DNA of 64,000 nt. Origin: Stegostoma tigrinum. Lineage: Eukaryota. Numbering within the stretch: the first letter of the stretch is position 1; each line of letters opens with the position of its first letter. Of this stretch, positions 60,903 through 64,000 are shown in pieces. The notes below the pieces were generated by a model that was given only the letters and a program-made list of their open reading frames with translations, did not search any database and had not been told where the DNA came from. A program made the translations under genes and the position numbers. Location: contig NC_081387.1 of assembly GCF_030684315.1 (NCBI RefSeq), forward strand, positions 12,688,867 through 12,752,866. The letters run 5' to 3'.

Positions 60903-61808
60903 TGTAGGGGGTATTTTGAACTCTCAAAGACACGCCACAAGGACGAGAGTCTTGCTTCAGCAGTTGCACTTCTTTACTCAAGTTTGCAATCGATTACAGC
61001 AGGGAGAGCTCCGAGTCACACAGGACGATCAGGGAGGCTCTGGTTAAACAGGTTAAAACAAATCGCGATTGTACTGTGTTTTAGCAAGGCAAAGTTATTA
61101 CTTAGGCAACCAGGCATATATTAATTGAAGTAGAATGCGGTGGGGATAAAAGTGTACAGACACACATTTTTGCTATCTATCCGAAACGACTTCTCAGGCT
61201 AGGAAAAGGCAGTTTGTAGTTACGGCAGTATGTACTATTTATAAAGCTAAAGTTTCTCTTCTTCGTGCTCCTAGTCATTTATTATTTTAACTCATTTCTG
61301 CTCAACCTGAAATTAGACAGTTTCAACATAAAAGTATTCCACAATTCCTTCCTTTTTGATCTCCAGATCAGCTTCACCAGTCTTCTTCTGCCAATGGAGG
61401 GTCGTACCCCAGGGGAAAGGTCTCACACCCAAGCATTCCTTCTCATCATAGTCGGGAGTGTTGGATATGTAACGGGCAATCGTGGGAGCAGGGTTTTGCC
61501 TCCCCTGGGGCAGGATGGTGCATATTAGGCGGGCCGCTATACTATACTTATAACAAGGATGATCCCACAGTGGGCCAGGGTGCTCCACCAAATCCCAAAG
61601 GGCCACCCTCCAGATCCTGGGGAGTTGTGTTTGTGAAATTGATTCCCTATCCTGTGGTAACTAACTGTCAGCTCCTGGGTTCTGAGTCAGAACGGAGCAG
61701 TCTTTTAAGTTTTAATTACTGGGGTGGTATCTTCATCTTCCATCCTTCCCCGAGGAAAGCCTGACTACGTAGTGACCTCGGGGTTTGTGCTGGGTGGCGG
61801 CTACTTCA
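60903..61808 (-). mobile_element. Solo LTR (ERV-like), 906 bp
   Basis: Minus strand TGAAGTAG...CCTACA with an AGTAAA signal near the 3' end. Flanks ctac/atac. The empty site is visible in the duplicate at 63505-63520 (tgatacaccagtg). Confidence 0.75.
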
Positions 61809-62246
61809 ATACACCAGTGAATCAGCAGAGCTCCAAGTCCAGGTCTGCACAGAGATATGTGTAGATTCAACACACAATATTTCTGAAAGCCAAAACTTAT
61901 TTTCACGTTTGTTACCCTTAAGCATGAGGAATCGACTGTGTCAAGCAGTGCTAGTGTCCCTTCCTCGGAGCCAGGTGGCCTGAGTTCAAATCCCACCTCT
62001 TCAATCGGTGTGGAATAACATCTCTGAACAGGTCGATCAGAAAATATCTCCTTATGCCAAAGGATCAAAAGGATTAAAGTTCAACATCAATAGGGTGGAG
62101 AATAAGGGCTGGATATGGAAAGGGTGCTAGTCTGTGACAGCCCATTTGGCCCTTCCAAAGGTTGAAATCTTTGCTCATGTGAACGGGATTGATAAAAGGT
62201 AATAGCACAACACTGTCGGTGTGTGAAACAGGCAGTTCTTGCCCCC

Positions 62247-62387
62247 TTGATAACAAAGCATCTTAGGAGCACCAAAGCTGAAGTTTCGGGCCTAGACCGG
62301 TCCTAAGATGCTGCTTGGCCTGCTGTGTTCATCCAGCTCCACACTTTGTTATCTCGGATTCCCCAGCATCTGCAGTTCCCATTATCT
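62247..62387 (+). mobile_element. Internally deleted palindromic PLE insertion with 14-bp TSD
   Basis: cagttcttgccccc at 62233-62246 and 62388-62401. Confidence 0.8.
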
Positions 62388-62539
62388 CAGTTCTTGCCCC
62401 CCTGTTCTTTGGGAGGACCAATGGGTGGCCAGGCCACGAATGCTGCCTTCTCACTGTCACACAGTACTGTCCAAGCTGTGGAGGAGTCCGAGAGAAAGTG
62501 GTCCTCCCTCTTAGTATTAGTTAAAGGCAATTTGGTCCA

Positions 62540-62812
62540 TCATGTCTGCACCAACCCTCCAAAGAGCATCCCAGCCAGACCCACCCAATCCTTGTAGCCC
62601 TGCATTTCCCACGGCTAACCCACCTAGCCTGCACATCCCTGGATACTATGGGGCAATTTCGCATGGCCAATCCACCCTAACCTGCACATTTTTGAACTGT
62701 GGGAGGAAATGCATGCAGACACGGAGAGAATGTGCAAACTCCACATAGAGAGTGGAATCAAACGTGGGTCCCTGGCACAGTGAGGCAGCAGTGCTAACCA
62801 CTGAGCCACTGT
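62540..62812 (-). mobile_element. HE1/V-SINE-like SINE
   Basis: rc cagtggctcagtggttagcactgctgcctcactgtgccagggacc..gtggagtttgcacattctc. Confidence 0.8.
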
Positions 62813-63339
62813 ACTTCAGGAGTTCCCTTAGGTTCAAGGATGGCTTGACTGCACACTGGTTCAGTGGGTTAACGCTATGATCTCGAATGTGTTGGCGGGG
62901 ATGTTTGACTTCTGCCAGGATGTTTGGAGGGCACTAAAGCATTCCCACCATCCTCCTGGGAATCTCGAGCTATTGTAACAGAACTCCAAAGAGAGAAAAC
63001 CGTTGTGGGCACTCTGGGATAAAGCACACAGACATATCCCACCATTCATGTTGTGAACGATTAGCGCCCCAATATCAGCTTGGATTTCGAGAATTCTCCA
63101 CTTGAACAACTTTCTTACAAAGTTTGCAGCATCTTAAGAAAATATCACTGATGGAATTTTACTGCTTTCAGATGTTTGCTGTAAGCAACCCAGTCTTCAA
63201 AGCAAATTGGACTGCAGAGTCCTGGTCAAATAGATCAAGTGAGCCATTTCACTCAAATAGAGATGTCCTGCATTAAAATGATTAGGTTCCTGTCATCATT
63301 TGACCATTACACATGCATTTTTTTGATGAGGCTAGCTTC

Positions 63340-63570
63340 ATGTTGATTAAATATCTAATAAATGTACTCTAACTTCAATATGCAAATGTTGTTATTGGAA
63401 AATGAAACTCAGAGTGCAGAGGTGGGTGGGGTGACAATACAGTTAGATAGCTTGTAGGTGTTTATTCATTACTCTGGCACTGCCTCATTGCTATCTATGT
63501 TATTGATACACCAGTGAATCAGCAGAGCTCCAAGTCCAGATCTGCACAGAGATATGAATAGATTTAACAA
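63340..63570 (+). repeat. Diverged direct duplicate of the CYP2 3'-end region (60735-60902 plus 61809-61872)
   Basis: Shared blocks tctaataaa..ctctaacttcaata..gttgttattggaaa..caatacagttagatagct..caccagtgaatcagcagagctccaagtccag. Confidence 0.85.
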
Positions 63571-64000
63571 GGAATGTTGCCATATCACAGCTGATTATAA
63601 TACCGGACAGGTCAGTTCCCAGATTGAGACTTACCTTGAAAGATCATAAGCTTGATTCTTTTTTACCTTTTTGATTCTCACCAAATATATTCACACGAGG
63701 CTGCCAGTGTCCTGTTAACAAAAGAACACAAAAATATTTATTGCCCACAAAAGCAAAAAGATGAACATTGGGCTAAATTCTCTGGAAGAAAATAAAAAGC
63801 AATTATGTCATTGTCGAGGCATTTCATGAAGGGGCTCCCTCTGTGAGCTGTAATGTTTTCTCTCATGCTGTTCTCTGCAGTGTGCATCGTTATGTGTGCA
63901 CCATGCTTCCACAGCATCATCACGCCATCATGCACTCAGCAATAGTGGATGTACTCAGCATTCCGGGGACTTTCTGGAATCCCCAGCTTCGGCATCATAT

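Noticed and set aside
62861-63109. 82-aa minus-strand ORF as a novel small gene
   Set aside because: LQTSWQKSNIPANTFE resembles the degraded C-terminus of an RTE-type LINE ORF.

Overview
This window is eukaryotic, repeat-rich vertebrate DNA. The HE1/V-SINE-type SINEs, CR1 LINEs and Penelope-like elements (PLEs) point to a cartilaginous fish, most likely a shark (inference). Genes from left to right: (1) the 5' part of a RING/B-box/coiled-coil TRIM gene on the minus strand, running off the left edge; (2) a small replication-dependent histone group, with two inverted near-identical H3.2-type genes that both carry Q125H and a lone, divergent, Cys-containing H2B between them, plus a tRNA-Arg(ACG)-like pseudogene, an endogenous-retrovirus pol relic and a 198-N assembly gap; (3) an inverted, frameshifted CYP2 fragment with only exons 7-9; (4) an intact 9-exon cytochrome P450 family 2 gene (24604-60320, +, 496 aa). 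The most notable signals are PLE insertions carrying minimal hammerhead-ribozyme motifs and 14-15 bp target-site duplications (TSDs). Two of these sit on or next to CYP2 5' splice donors, and one duplicates the donor. Two more hit the same homologous site upstream of both H3 promoters. Other notable features are a four-level nested insertion and a mosaic, gene-conversion-like pattern between the CYP2 gene and its fragment. No prokaryotic systems or CRISPR arrays were seen. All alignments and counts were done by eye, and repeat boundaries are approximate.
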